Shown in pieces: positions 49,801 to 64,000 of a stretch of DNA of 64,000 bases; the first letter of the stretch is position 1, and each line of letters starts with the position of its first letter. The translations under genes were made by a program, and so were the position numbers. The stretch comes from Botryllus schlosseri (Eukaryota). Under the pieces are notes generated by a model, which was not told the DNA's origin, did not search any database, and was given only the letters and a program-made list of their open reading frames with translations. The stretch spans positions 41,666,001-41,730,000 of the forward strand of contig CM119371.1 of the NCBI GenBank assembly GCA_051294905.1. Reading direction: 5' to 3'.

Positions 49801-52800
49801 TTTAGGTGGTATAATAAATGAACTTGATTTCAATTAAACTTTTGCGCCTCTTTAAGCGTCGCGTCGACGAAATCCCCCGTCTTTGAGAGTTTAATACGAT
49901 CGGCTTTAGCTCCAGGACCATTTTCAATAACGACCGCCCGCTTGAACACGTTGAAATAGGGTATCGGATTATTCATTCTGAATATGCTACTTTTTTAGGG
50001 GGTATAATAAATGAACTTGATTTCAATTAAACTTTTGCGCCTCTTTAAGCGTCGCGTCGACGAAATCCCCCGTCTTTGAGAGTTTAATACGATCGGCTGA
50101 AGCTCCAGGACCATTTTCAATAACGACCGCCCGCTTGAACACGTTGAAATAGGGTATCGGATTATTCATTCTGAATATGCTACTTTTTTAGGTGGTATAA
50201 TAAATGAACTTGATTTCAATTAAACTTTTGCGCCTCTTTAAGCGTCGCGTCGACGAAATCCCCCGTCTTTGAGAGTTTAATACGATCGGCTTTAGCTCCA
50301 GGACCATTTTCAATAACGACCGCCCGCTTGAACACGTTGAAATAGGGTATCGGATTATTCATTCTGAATATGCTACTTTTTTAGGGGGTATAATAAATGA
50401 ACTTGATTTCAATTAAACTTTTGCGCCTCTTTAAGCGTCGCGTCGACGAAATCCCCCGTCTTTGAGAGTTTATAACGATCGGCTGAAGCTCCAGGACCAT
50501 TTTCAATAACGACCGCCCGCTTGAACACGTTGAATTAGGGAGAGTAGGATAATTGATTCTGATCAAGCTAGTTTTTCAGGGGGTCAAATCTGGTCTAGCT
50601 TTCACGTCTCTGAGAGTTTGATACGATCGGTTGAAGCTCCAGGACCATTTTCAATAACGACCGCCCGCTTGAACACGTTGAATTAGGGAGAGTAGGATAA
50701 TTGATTCTGATCAAGCTAGTTTTTCAGGGGGTCAAATCTGGTCTAGCTTTCACGTCTCTGAGAGTTTGATACGATCGGTTGAAGCTCCAGGACCATTTTC
50801 AATAACGACCGCCCGCTTGAACACGTTGAAATAGGGTATCGGATTATTCATTCTGAATATGCTACTTTTTCAGGTGGTATAATAAATGAACTTGATTTCA
50901 ATTAAACTTTTGCGCCTCTTTAAGCGTCGCGTCGACGAAATCCCCCGTCTTTGAGAGTTTAATACGATCGGCTTTAGCTCCAGGACCATTTTCAATAACG
51001 ACCGCCCGCTTGAACACGTTGAAATAGGGTATCGGATTATTCATTCTGAATATGCTACTTTTTTAGGGGTTATAATAAATGAACTTGATTTCAATTAAAC
51101 TTTTGCGCCTCTTTAAGCGTCGCGTCGACGAAATCCCCCGTCTTTGAGAGTTTATAACGATCGGCTGAAGCTCCAGGACCATTTTCAATAACGACCGCCC
51201 GCTTGAACACGTTGAATTAGGGAGAGTAGGATAATTGATTCTGATCAAGCTAGTTTTTCAGGGGGTCAAATCTGGTCTAGCTTTCACGTCTCTGAGAGTT
51301 TGATACGATCGGTTGAAGCTCCAGGACCATTTTCAATAACGACCGCCCGCTTGAACACGTTGAATTAGGGAGAGTAGGATAATTGATTCTGATCAAGCTA
51401 GTTTTTCAGGGGGTCAAATCTGGTCTAGCTTTCACGTCTCTGAGAGTTTGATACGATCGGTTGAAGCTCCAGGACCATTTTCAATAACGACCGCCCGCTT
51501 GAACACGTTGAAATAGGGTATCGGATTATTCATTCTGAATATGCTACTTTTTCAGGTGGTATAATAAATGAACTTGATTTCAATTAAACTTTTGCGCCTC
51601 TTTAAGCGTCGCGTCGACGAAATCCCCCGTCTTTGAGAGTTTAATACGATCGGCTTTAGCTCCAGGACCATTTTCAATAACGACCGCCCGCTTGAACACG
51701 TTGAAATAGGGTATCGGATTATTCATTCTGAATATGCTACTTTTTTAGGGGGTATAATAAATGAACTTGATTTCAATTAAACTTTTGCGCCTCTTTAAGC
51801 GTCGCGTCGACGAAATCCCCCGTCTTTGAGAGTTTAATACGATCGGCTGAAGCTCCAGGACCATTTTCAATAACGACCGCCCGCTTGAACACGTTGAAAT
51901 AGGGTATCGGATTATTCATTCTGAATATGCTACTTTTTTAGGTGGTATAATAAATGAACTTGATTTCAATTAAACTTTTGCGCCTCTTTAAGCGTCGCGT
52001 CGACGAAATCCCCCGTCTTTGAGAGTTTAATACGATCGGCTTTAGCTCCAGGACCATTTTCAATAACGACCGCCCGCTTGAACACGTTGAAATAGGGTAT
52101 CGGATTATTCATTCTGAATATGCTACTTTTTTAGGGGGTATAATAAATGAACTTGATTTCAATTAAACTTTTGCGCCTCTTTAAGCGTCGCGTCGACGAA
52201 ATCCCCCGTCTTTGAGTGTTTAATACGATCGGCTGAAGCTCCAGGACCATTTTCAATAACGACCACCCGCTTGAACACGTTGAAATAGGGAGAGTAGGAT
52301 AATTGATTCTGATCAAGCTAGTTTTTCAGGGGGTCAAATCTGGTCTAGCTTTCACGTCTCTGAGAGTTTGATACGATCGGTTGAAGCTCCAGGACCATTT
52401 TCAATAACGACCGCCCGCTTGAACACGTTGAATTAGGGAGAGTAGGATAATTGATTCTGATCAAGCTAGTTTTTCAGGGGGTCAAATCTGGTCTAGCTTT
52501 CACGTCTCTGAGAGTTTGATACGATCGGTTGAAGCTCCAGGACCATTTTCAATAACGACCGCCCGCTTGAACACGTTGAAATAGGGTATCGGATTATTCA
52601 TTCTGAATATGCTACTTTTTTAGGTGGTATAATAAATGAACTTGATTTCAATTAAACTTTTGCGCCTCTTTAAGCGTCGCGTCGACGAAATCCCCCGTCT
52701 TTGAGAGTTTAATACGATCGGCTTTAGCTCCAGGACCATTTTCAATAACGACCGCCCGCTTGAACACGTTGAAATAGGGTATCGGATTATTCATTCTGAA

Positions 52801-55800
52801 TATGCTACTTTTTTAGGGGGTATAATAAATGAACTTGATTTCAATTAAACTTTTGCGCCTCTTTAAGCGTCGCGTCGACGAAATCCCCCGTCTTTGAGAG
52901 TTTAATACGATCGGCTGAAGCTCCAGGACCATTTTCAATAACGACCGCCCGCTTGAACACGTTGAAATAGGGTATCGGATTATTCATTCTGAATATGCTA
53001 CTTTTTTAGGTGGTATAATAAATGAACTTGATTTCAATTAAACTTTTGCGCCTCTTTAAGCGTCGCGTCGACGAAATCCCCCGTCTTTGAGAGTTTAATA
53101 CGATCGGCTTTAGCTCCAGGACCATTTTCAATAACGACCGCCCGCTTGAACACGTTGAAATAGGGTATCGGATTATTCATTCTGAATATGCTACTTTTTT
53201 AGGGGGTATAATAAATGAACTTGATTTCAATTAAACTTTTGCGCCTCTTTAAGCGTCGCGTCGACGAAATCCCCCGTCTTTGAGAGTTTATAACGATCGG
53301 CTGAAGCTCCAGGACCATTTTCAATAACGACCGCCCGCTTGAACACGTTGAATTAGGGAGAGTAGGATAATTGATTCTGATCAAGCTAGTTTTTCAGGGG
53401 GTCAAATCTGGTCTAGCTTTCAATTGGACTTTTGCGCCTCTTTAAGCGTCGCGTCGAAGAAATTTCACGTCTCTGAGAGTTTGATACGATCGGCTGAAGC
53501 TCCAGGACCATTTTCAATAACGACCGCCCGCTTGAACACGTTGAATTAGGGAGAGTAGGATAATTGATTCTGATCAAGCTAGTTTTTCAGGGGGTCAAAT
53601 CTGGTCTAGCTTTCAATTGGACTTTTGCGCCTCTTTAAGCGTCGCGTCGAAGAAATTTCACGTCTCTGAGAGTTTGATACGATCGGCTGAAGCTCCAGGA
53701 CCATTTTCAATAACGACCGCCCGCTTGAACACGTTGAATTAGGGAGAGTAGGATAATTGATTCTGATCAAGCTAGTTTTTCAGGGGGTCAAATCTGGTCT
53801 AGCTTTCACGTCTCTGAGAGTTTGATACGATCGGTTGAAGCTCCAGGACCATTTTCAATAACGACCGCCCGCTTGAACACGTTGAAATAGGGTATCGGAT
53901 TATTCATTCTGAATATGCTACTTTTTTAGGTGGTATAATAAATGAACTTGATTTCAATTAAACTTTTGCGCCTCTTTAAGCGTCGCGTCGACGAAATCCC
54001 CCGTCTTTGAGAGTTTAATACGATCGGCTTTAGCTCCAGGACCATTTTCAATAACGACCGCCCGCTTGAACACGTTGAAATAGGGTATCGGATTATTCAT
54101 TCTGAATATGCTACTTTTTTAGGGGGTATAATAAATGAACTTGATTTCAATTAAACTTTTGCGCCTCTTTAAGCGTCGCGTCGACGAAATCCCCCGTCTT
54201 TGAGAGTTTATAACGATCGGCTGAAGCTCCAGGACCATTTTCAATAACGACCGCCCGCTTGAACACGTTGAATTAGGGAGAGTAGGATAATTGATTCTGA
54301 TCAAGCTAGTTTTTCAGGGGGTCAAATCTGGTCTAGCTTTCACGTCTCTGAGAGTTTGATACGATCGGTTGAAGCTCCAGGACCATTTTCAATAACGACC
54401 GCCCGCTTGAACACGTTGAATTAGGGAGAGTAGGATAATTGATTCTGATCAAGCTAGTTTTTCAGGGGGTCAAATCTGGTCTAGCTTTCACGTCTCTGAG
54501 AGTTTGATACGATCGGTTGAAGCTCCAGGACCATTTTCAATAACGACCGCCCGCTTGAACACGTTGAAATAGGGTATCGGATTATTCATTCTGAATATGC
54601 TACTTTTTCAGGTGGTATAATAAATGAACTTGATTTCAATTAAACTTTTGCGCCTCTTTAAGCGTCGCGTCGACGAAATCCCCCGTCTTTGAGAGTTTAA
54701 TACGATCGGCTTTAGCTCCAGGACCATTTTCAATAACGACCGCCCGCTTGAACACGTTGAAATAGGGTATCGGATTATTCATTCTGAATATGCTACTTTT
54801 TTAGGGGGTATAATAAATGAACTTGATTTCAATTAAACTTTTGCGCCTCTTTAAGCGTCGCGTCGACGAAATCCCCCGTCTTTGAGAGTTTAATACGATC
54901 GGCTGAAGCTCCAGGACCATTTTCAATAACGACCGCCCGCTTGAACACGTTGAAATAGGGTATCGGATTATTCATTCTGAATATGCTACTTTTTTAGGTG
55001 GTATAATAAATGAACTTGATTTCAATTAAACTTTTGCGCCTCTTTAAGCGTCGCGTCGACGAAATCCCCCGTCTTTGAGAGTTTAATACGATCGGCTTTA
55101 GCTCCAGGACCATTTTCAATAACGACCGCCCGCTTGAACACGTTGAAATAGGGTATCGGATTATTCATTCTGAATATGCTACTTTTTTAGGGGGTATAAT
55201 AAATGAACTTGATTTCAATTAAACTTTTGCGCCTCTTTAAGCGTCGCGTCGACGAAATCCCCCGTCTTTGAGTGTTTAATACGATCGGCTGAAGCTCCAG
55301 GACCATTTTCAATAACGACCACCCGCTTGAACACGTTGAAATAGGGAGAGTAGGATAATTGATTCTGATCAAGCTAGTTTTTCAGGGGGTCAAATCTGGT
55401 CTAGCTTTCACGTCTCTGAGAGTTTGATACGATCGGTTGAAGCTCCAGGACCATTTTCAATAACGACCGCCCGCTTGAACACGTTGAATTAGGGAGAGTA
55501 GGATAATTGATTCTGATCAAGCTAGTTTTTCAGGGGGTCAAATCTGGTCTAGCTTTCACGTCTCTGAGAGTTTGATACGATCGGTTGAAGCTCCAGGACC
55601 ATTTTCAATAACGACCGCCCGCTTGAACACGTTGAAATAGGGTATCGGATTATTCATTCTGAATATGCTACTTTTTTAGGTGGTATAATAAATGAACTTG
55701 ATTTCAATTAAACTTTTGCGCCTCTTTAAGCGTCGCGTCGACGAAATCCCCCGTCTTTGAGAGTTTAATACGATCGGCTTTAGCTCCAGGACCATTTTCA

Positions 55801-58800
55801 ATAACGACCGCCCGCTTGAACACGTTGAAATAGGGTATCGGATTATTCATTCTGAATATGCTACTTTTTTAGGGGGTATAATAAATGAACTTGATTTCAA
55901 TTAAACTTTTGCGCCTCTTTAAGCGTCGCGTCGACGAAATCCCCCGTCTTTGAGAGTTTAATACGATCGGCTGAAGCTCCAGGACCATTTTCAATAACGA
56001 CCGCCCGCTTGAACACGTTGAAATAGGGTATCGGATTATTCATTCTGAATATGCTACTTTTTTAGGTGGTATAATAAATGAACTTGATTTCAATTAAACT
56101 TTTGCGCCTCTTTAAGCGTCGCGTCGACGAAATCCCCCGTCTTTGAGAGTTTAATACGATCGGCTTTAGCTCCAGGACCATTTTCAATAACGACCGCCCG
56201 CTTGAACACGTTGAAATAGGGTATCGGATTATTCATTCTGAATATGCTACTTTTTTAGGGGGTATAATAAATGAACTTGATTTCAATTAAACTTTTGCGC
56301 CTCTTTAAGCGTCGCGTCGACGAAATCCCCCGTCTTTGAGAGTTTATAACGATCGGCTGAAGCTCCAGGACCATTTTCAATAACGACCGCCCGCTTGAAC
56401 ACGTTGAATTAGGGAGAGTAGGATAATTGATTCTGATCAAGCTAGTTTTTCAGGGGGTCAAATCTGGTCTAGCTTTCAATTGGACTTTTGCGCCTCTTTA
56501 AGCGTCGCGTCGAAGAAATTTCACGTCTCTGAGAGTTTGATACGATCGGCTGAAGCTCCAGGACCATTTTCAATAACGACCGCCCGCTTGAACACGTTGA
56601 ATTAGGGAGAGTAGGATAATTGATTCTGATCAAGCTAGTTTTTCAGGGGGTCAAATCTGGTCTAGCTTTCAATTGGACTTTTGCGCCTCTTTAAGCGTCG
56701 CGTCGAAGAAATTTCACGTCTCTGAGAGTTTGATACGATCGGCTGAAGCTCCAGGACCATTTTCAATAACGACCGCCCGCTTGAACACGTTGAATTAGGG
56801 AGAGTAGGATAATTGATTCTGATCAAGCTAGTTTTTCAGGGGGTCAAATCTGGTCTAGCTTTCACGTCTCTGAGAGTTTGATACGATCGGTTGAAGCTCC
56901 AGGACCATTTTCAATAACGACCGCCCGCTTGAACACGTTGAAATAGGGTATCGGATTATTCATTCTGAATATGCTACTTTTTTAGGTGGTATAATAAATG
57001 AACTTGATTTCAATTAAACTTTTGCGCCTCTTTAAGCGTCGCGTCGACGAAATCCCCCGTCTTTGAGAGTTTAATACGATCGGCTTTAGCTCCAGGACCA
57101 TTTTCAATAACGACCGCCCGCTTGAACACGTTGAAATAGGGTATCGGATTATTCATTCTGAATATGCTACTTTTTTAGGGGGTATAATAAATGAACTTGA
57201 TTTCAATTAAACTTTTGCGCCTCTTTAAGCGTCGCGTCGACGAAATCCCCCGTCTTTGAGAGTTTAATACGATCGGCTGAAGCTCCAGGACCATTTTCAA
57301 TAACGACCGCCCGCTTGAACACGTTGAAATAGGGTATCGGATTATTCATTCTGAATATGCTACTTTTTTAGGTGGTATAATAAATGAACTTGATTTCAAT
57401 TAAACTTTTGCGCCTCTTTAAGCGTCGCGTCGACGAAATCCCCCGTCTTTGAGAGTTTAATACGATCGGCTTTAGCTCCAGGACCATTTTCAATAACGAC
57501 CGCCCGCTTGAACACGTTGAAATAGGGTATCGGATTATTCATTCTGAATATGCTACTTTTTTAGGGGGTATAATAAATGAACTTGATTTCAATTAAACTT
57601 TTGCGCCTCTTTAAGCGTCGCGTCGACGAAATCCCCCGTCTTTGAGAGTTTATAACGATCGGCTGAAGCTCCAGGACCATTTTCAATAACGACCGCCCGC
57701 TTGAACACGTTGAATTAGGGAGAGTAGGATAATTGATTCTGATCAAGCTAGTTTTTCAGGGGGTCAAATCTGGTCTAGCTTTCAATTGGACTTTTGCGCC
57801 TCTTTAAGCGTCGCGTCGAAGAAATTTCACGTCTCTGAGAGTTTGATACGATCGGCTGAAGCTCCAGGACCATTTTCAATAACGACCGCCCGCTTGAACA
57901 CGTTGAATTAGGGAGAGTAGGATAATTGATTCTGATCAAGCTAGTTTTTCAGGGGGTCAAATCTGGTCTAGCTTTCACGTCTCTGAGAGTTTGATACGAT
58001 CGGTTGAAGCTCCAGGACCATTTTCAATAACGACCGCCCGCTTGAACACGTTGAATTAGGGAGAGTAGGATAATTGATTCTGATCAAGCTAGTTTTTCAG
58101 GGGGTCAAATCTGGTCTAGCTTTCAATTGGACTTTTGCGCCTCTTTAAGCGTCGCGTCGAAGAAATTTCACGTCTCTGAGAGTTTGATACGATCGGCTGA
58201 AGCTCCAGGACCATTTTCAATAACGACCGCCCGCTTGAACACGTTGAATTAGGGAGAGTAGGATAATTGATTCTGATCAAGCTAGTTTTTCAGGGGGTCA
58301 AATCTGGTCTAGCTTTCAATTGGACTTTTGCGCCTCTTTAAGCGTCGCGTCGAAGAAATTTCACGTCTCTGAGAGTTTGATACGATCGGCTGAAGCTCCA
58401 GGACCATTTTCAATAACGACCGCCCGCTTGAACACGTTGAATTAGGGAGAGTAGGATAATTGATTCTGATCAAGCTAGTTTTTCAGGGGGTCAAATCTGG
58501 TCTAGCTTTCACGTCTCTGAGAGTTTGATACGATCGGTTGAAGCTCCAGGACCATTTTCAATAACGACCGCCCGCTTGAACACGTTGAAATAGGGTATCG
58601 GATTATTCATTCTGCATATGCTACTTTTTTAGGTGGTATAATAAATGAACTTGATTTCAATTAAACTTTTGCGCCTCTTTAAGCGTCGCGTCGACGAAAT
58701 CCCCCGTCTTTGAGAGTTTAATACGATCGGCTTTAGCTCCAGGACCATTTTCAATAACGACCGCCCGCTTGAACACGTTGAAATAGGGTATCGGATTATT

Positions 58801-61800
58801 CATTCTGAATATGCTACTTTTTTAGGGGGTATAATAAATGAACTTGATTTCAATTAAACTTTTGCGCCTCTTTAAGCGTCGCGTCGACGAAATCCCCCGT
58901 CTTTGAGAGTTTAATACGATCGGCTGAAGCTCCAGGACCATTTTCAATAACGACCGCCCGCTTGAACACGTTGAAATAGGGTATCGGATTATTCATTCTG
59001 AATATGCTACTTTTTTAGGTGGTATAATAAATGAACTTGATTTCAATTAAACTTTTGCGCCTCTTTAAGCGTCGCGTCGACGAAATCCCCCGTCTTTGAG
59101 AGTTTAATACGATCGGCTTTAGCTCCAGGACCATTTTCAATAACGACCGCCCGCTTGAACACGTTGAAATAGGGTATCGGATTATTCATTCTGAATATGC
59201 TACTTTTTTAGGGGGTATAATAAATGAACTTGATTTCAATTAAACTTTTGCGCCTCTTTAAGCGTCGCGTCGACGAAATCCCCCGTCTTTGAGAGTTTAT
59301 AACGATCGGCTGAAGCTCCAGGACCATTTTCAATAACGACCGCCCGCTTGAACACGTTGAATTAGGGAGAGTAGGATAATTGATTCTGATCAAGCTAGTT
59401 TTTCAGGGGGTCAAATCTGGTCTAGCTTTCAATTGGACTTTTGCGCCTCTTTAAGCGTCGCGTCGAAGAAATTTCACGTCTCTGAGAGTTTGATACGATC
59501 GGCTGAAGCTCCAGGACCATTTTCAATAACGACCGCCCGCTTGAACACGTTGAATTAGGGAGAGTAGGATAATTGATTCTGATCAAGCTAGTTTTTCAGG
59601 GGGTCAAATCTGGTCTAGCTTTCACGTCTCTGAGAGTTTGATACGATCGGTTGAAGCTCCAGGACCATTTTCAATAACGACCGCCCGCTTGAACACGTTG
59701 AATTAGGGAGAGTAGGATAATTGATTCTGATCAAGCTAGTTTTTCAGGGGGTCAAATCTGGTCTAGCTTTCACGTCTCTGAGAGTTTGATACGATCGGTT
59801 GAAGCTCCAGGACCATTTTCAATAACGACCGCCCGCTTGAACACGTTGAAATAGGGTATCGGATTATTCATTCTGAATATGCTACTTTTTCAGGTGGTAT
59901 AATAAATGAACTTGATTTCAATTAAACTTTTGCGCCTCTTTAAGCGTCGCGTCGACGAAATCCCCCGTCTTTGAGAGTTTAATACGATCGGCTTTAGCTC
60001 CAGGACCATTTTCAATAACGACCGCCCGCTTGAACACGTTGAAATAGGGTATCGGATTATTCATTCTGAATATGCTACTTTTTTAGGGGGTATAATAAAT
60101 GAACTTGATTTCAATTAAACTTTTGCGCCTCTTTAAGCGTCGCGTCGACGAAATCCCCCGTCTTTGAGAGTTTAATACGATCGGCTGAAGCTCCAGGACC
60201 ATTTTCAATAACGACCGCCCGCTTGAACACGTTGAAATAGGGTATCGGATTATTCATTCTGAATATGCTACTTTTTTAGGTGGTATAATAAATGAACTTG
60301 ATTTCAATTAAACTTTTGCGCCTCTTTAAGCGTCGCGTCGACGAAATCCCCCGTCTTTGAGAGTTTAATACGATCGGCTTTAGCTCCAGGACCATTTTCA
60401 ATAACGACCGCCCGCTTGAACACGTTGAAATAGGGTATCGGATTATTCATTCTGAATATGCTACTTTTTTAGGGGGTATAATAAATGAACTTGATTTCAA
60501 TTAAACTTTTGCGCCTCTTTAAGCGTCGCGTCGACGAAATCCCCCGTCTTTGAGAGTTTAATACGATCGGCTGAAGCTCCAGGACCATTTTCAATAACGA
60601 CCGCCCGCTTGAACACGTTGAAATAGGGTATCGGATTATTCATTCTGAATATGCTACTTTTTTAGGTGGTATAATAAATGAACTTGATTTCAATTAAACT
60701 TTTGCGCCTCTTTAAGCGTCGCGTCGACGAAATCCCCCGTCTTTGAGAGTTTAATACGATCGGCTTTAGCTCCAGGACCATTTTCAATAACGACCGCCCG
60801 CTTGAACACGTTGAAATAGGGTATCGGATTATTCATTCTGAATATGCTACTTTTTTAGGGGGTATAATAAATGAACTTGATTTCAATTAAACTTTTGCGC
60901 CTCTTTAAGCGTCGCGTCGACGAAATCCCCCGTCTTTGAGAGTTTATAACGATCGGCTGAAGCTCCAGGACCATTTTCAATAACGACCGCCCGCTTGAAC
61001 ACGTTGAATTAGGGAGAGTAGGATAATTGATTCTGATCAAGCTAGTTTTTCAGGGGGTCAAATCTGGTCTAGCTTTCAATTGGACTTTTGCGCCTCTTTA
61101 AGCGTCGCGTCGAAGAAATTTCACGTCTCTGAGAGTTTGATACGATCGGCTGAAGCTCCAGGACCATTTTCAATAACGACCGCCCGCTTGAACACGTTGA
61201 ATTAGGGAGAGTAGGATAATTGATTCTGATCAAGCTAGTTTTTCAGGGGGTCAAATCTGGTCTAGCTTTCACGTCTCTGAGAGTTTGATACGATCGGTTG
61301 AAGCTCCAGGACCATTTTCAATAACGACCGCCCGCTTGAACACGTTGAATTAGGGAGAGTAGGATAATTGATTCTGATCAAGCTAGTTTTTCAGGGGGTC
61401 AAATCTGGTCTAGCTTTCACGTCTCTGAGAGTTTGATACGATCGGTTGAAGCTCCAGGACCATTTTCAATAACGACCGCCCGCTTGAACACGTTGAAATA
61501 GGGTATCGGATTATTCATTCTGAATATGCTACTTTTTCAGGTGGTATAATAAATGAACTTGATTTCAATTAAACTTTTGCGCCTCTTTAAGCGTCGCGTC
61601 GACGAAATCCCCCGTCTTTGAGAGTTTAATACGATCGGCTTTAGCTCCAGGACCATTTTCAATAACGACCGCCCGCTTGAACACGTTGAAATAGGGTATC
61701 GGATTATTCATTCTGAATATGCTACTTTTTTAGGGGGTATAATAAATGAACTTGATTTCAATTAAACTTTTGCGCCTCTTTAAGCGTCGCGTCGACGAAA

Positions 61801-64000
61801 TCCCCCGTCTTTGAGAGTTTAATACGATCGGCTGAAGCTCCAGGACCATTTTCAATAACGACCGCCCGCTTGAACACGTTGAAATAGGGTATCGGATTAT
61901 TCATTCTGAATATGCTACTTTTTTAGGGGGTATAATAAATGAACTTGATTTCAATTAAACTTTTGCGCCTCTTTAAGCGTCGCGTCGACGAAATCCCCCG
62001 TCTTTGAGAGTTTAATACGATCGGCTGAAGCTCCAGGACCATTTTCAATAACGACCACCCGCTTGAACACGTTGAAATAGGGAGAGTAGGATAATTGATT
62101 CTGATCAAGCTAGTTTTTCAGGGGGTCAAATCTGGTCTAGCTTTCACGTCTCTGAGAGTTTGATACGATCGGTTGAAGCTCCAGGACCATTTTCAATAAC
62201 GACCGCCCGCTTGAACACGTTGAATTAGGGAGAGTAGGATAATTGATTCTGATCAAGCTAGTTTTTCAGGGGGTCAAATCTGGTCTAGCTTTCACGTCTC
62301 TGAGAGTTTGATACGATCGGTTGAAGCTCCAGGACCATTTTCAATAACGACCGCCCGCTTGAACACGTTGAAATAGGGTATCGGATTATTCATTCTGAAT
62401 ATGCTACTTTTTTAGGTGGTATAATAAATGAACTTGATTTCAATTAAACTTTTGCGCCTCTTTAAGCGTCGCGTCGACGAAATCCCCCGTCTTTGAGAGT
62501 TTAATACGATCGGCTTTAGCTCCAGGACCATTTTCAATAACGACCGCCCGCTTGAACACGTTGAAATAGGGTATCGGATTATTCATTCTGAATATGCTAC
62601 TTTTTTAGGGGGTATAATAAATGAACTTGATTTCAATTAAACTTTTGCGCCTCTTTAAGCGTCGCGTCGACGAAATCCCCCGTCTTTGAGAGTTTAATAC
62701 GATCGGCTGAAGCTCCAGGACCATTTTCAATAACGACCGCCCGCTTGAACACGTTGAAATAGGGTATCGGATTATTCATTCTGAATATGCTACTTTTTTA
62801 GGTGGTATAATAAATGAACTTGATTTCAATTAAACTTTTGCGCCTCTTTAAGCGTCGCGTCGACGAAATCCCCCGTCTTTGAGAGTTTAATACGATCGGC
62901 TTTAGCTCCAGGACCATTTTCAATAACGACCGCCCGCTTGAACACGTTGAAATAGGGTATCGGATTATTCATTCTGAATATGCTACTTTTTTAGGGGGTA
63001 TAATAAATGAACTTGATTTCAATTAAACTTTTGCGCCTCTTTAAGCGTCGCGTCGACGAAATCCCCCGTCTTTGAGAGTTTATAACGATCGGCTGAAGCT
63101 CCAGGACCATTTTCAATAACGACCGCCCGCTTGAACACGTTGAATTAGGGAGAGTAGGATAATTGATTCTGATCAAGCTAGTTTTTCAGGGGGTCAAATC
63201 TGGTCTAGCTTTCACGTCTCTGAGAGTTTGATACGATCGGTTGAAGCTCCAGGACCATTTTCAATAACGACCGCCCGCTTGAACACGTTGAATTAGGGAG
63301 AGTAGGATAATTGATTCTGATCAAGCTAGTTTTTCAGGGGGTCAAATCTGGTCTAGCTTTCACGTCTCTGAGAGTTTGATACGATCGGTTGAAGCTCCAG
63401 GACCATTTTCAATAACGACCGCCCGCTTGAACACGTTGAATTAGGGAGAGTAGGATAATTGATTCTGATCAAGCTAGTTTTTCAGGGGGTCAAATCTGGT
63501 CTAGCTTTCAATTGGACTTTTGCGCCTCTTTAAGCGTCGCGTCGAAGAAATTTCACGTCTCTGAGAGTTTGATACGATCGGCTGAAGCTCCAGGACCATT
63601 TTCAATAACGACCGCCCGCTTGAACACGTTGAATTAGGGAGAGTAGGATAATTGATTCTGATCAAGCTAGTTTTTCAGGGGGTCAAATCTGGTCTAGCTT
63701 TCAATTGGACTTTTGCGCCTCTTTAAGCGTCGCGTCGAAGAAATTTCACGTCTCTGAGAGTTTGATACGATCGGCTGAAGCTCCAGGACCATTTTCAATA
63801 ACGACCGCCCGCTTGAACACGTTGAATTAGGGAGAGTAGGATAATTGATTCTGATCAAGCTAGTTTTTCAGGGGGTCAAATCTGGTCTAGCTTTCACGTC
63901 TCTGAGAGTTTGATACGATCGGTTGAAGCTCCAGGACCATTTTCAATAACGACCGCCCGCTTGAACACGTTGAAATAGGGTATCGGATTATTCATTCTGC
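46833..64000. repeat. Large homogeneous satellite array of 193-bp and 148-bp monomers in higher-order repeats
   Basis: Spacings of the repeated 61-aa ORF (489, 682, 920, 1068, 1306, 1454, 1647) all decompose as a*193+b*148. Confidence 0.97.

Noticed and set aside
47370..63176. Repeated 61-aa ORF MIRINYPTLP...
   Set aside because: Chance ORF inside the satellite monomers, with a non-ATG start and no recognisable domain.
46833..64000. CRISPR array, rDNA/snRNA cluster, or hammerhead or CENP-B box in the satellite
   Set aside because: No unique spacers or cas genes, no recognisable RNA gene, and no CUGANGA or TTCG....A..CGGG motif seen in the monomer.

Overview
Eukaryotic (invertebrate metazoan-like; species not determinable) AT-rich genomic DNA. 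Positions 7651-41610 (+) hold a supervillin (gelsolin/villin family) gene. I traced it by hand through 24 phase-consistent GT-AG exons (3436 nt, at least 1144 aa) ending in a villin headpiece; the start exon was not found. Its large introns are packed with hAT-type MITEs (several with exact 8-bp TSDs), tRNA-derived SINEs and minisatellites. One intron contains a nested antisense 4-exon fibrinogen-related (FReD) gene with a GC-AG intron and a frameshift. A dispersed repeat carries a minimal type I hammerhead-ribozyme-like motif (best copy 8827-8860, minus strand). Downstream of the gene are a ~2-kb foldback element and a ~490-bp inverted duplication bracketing a ~177-bp satellite. From ~46833 to the window end is a homogeneous satellite of 193-bp and 148-bp monomers in higher-order repeats (candidate centromeric/pericentromeric array). 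All family assignments come from my recall of motifs, not from database searches.
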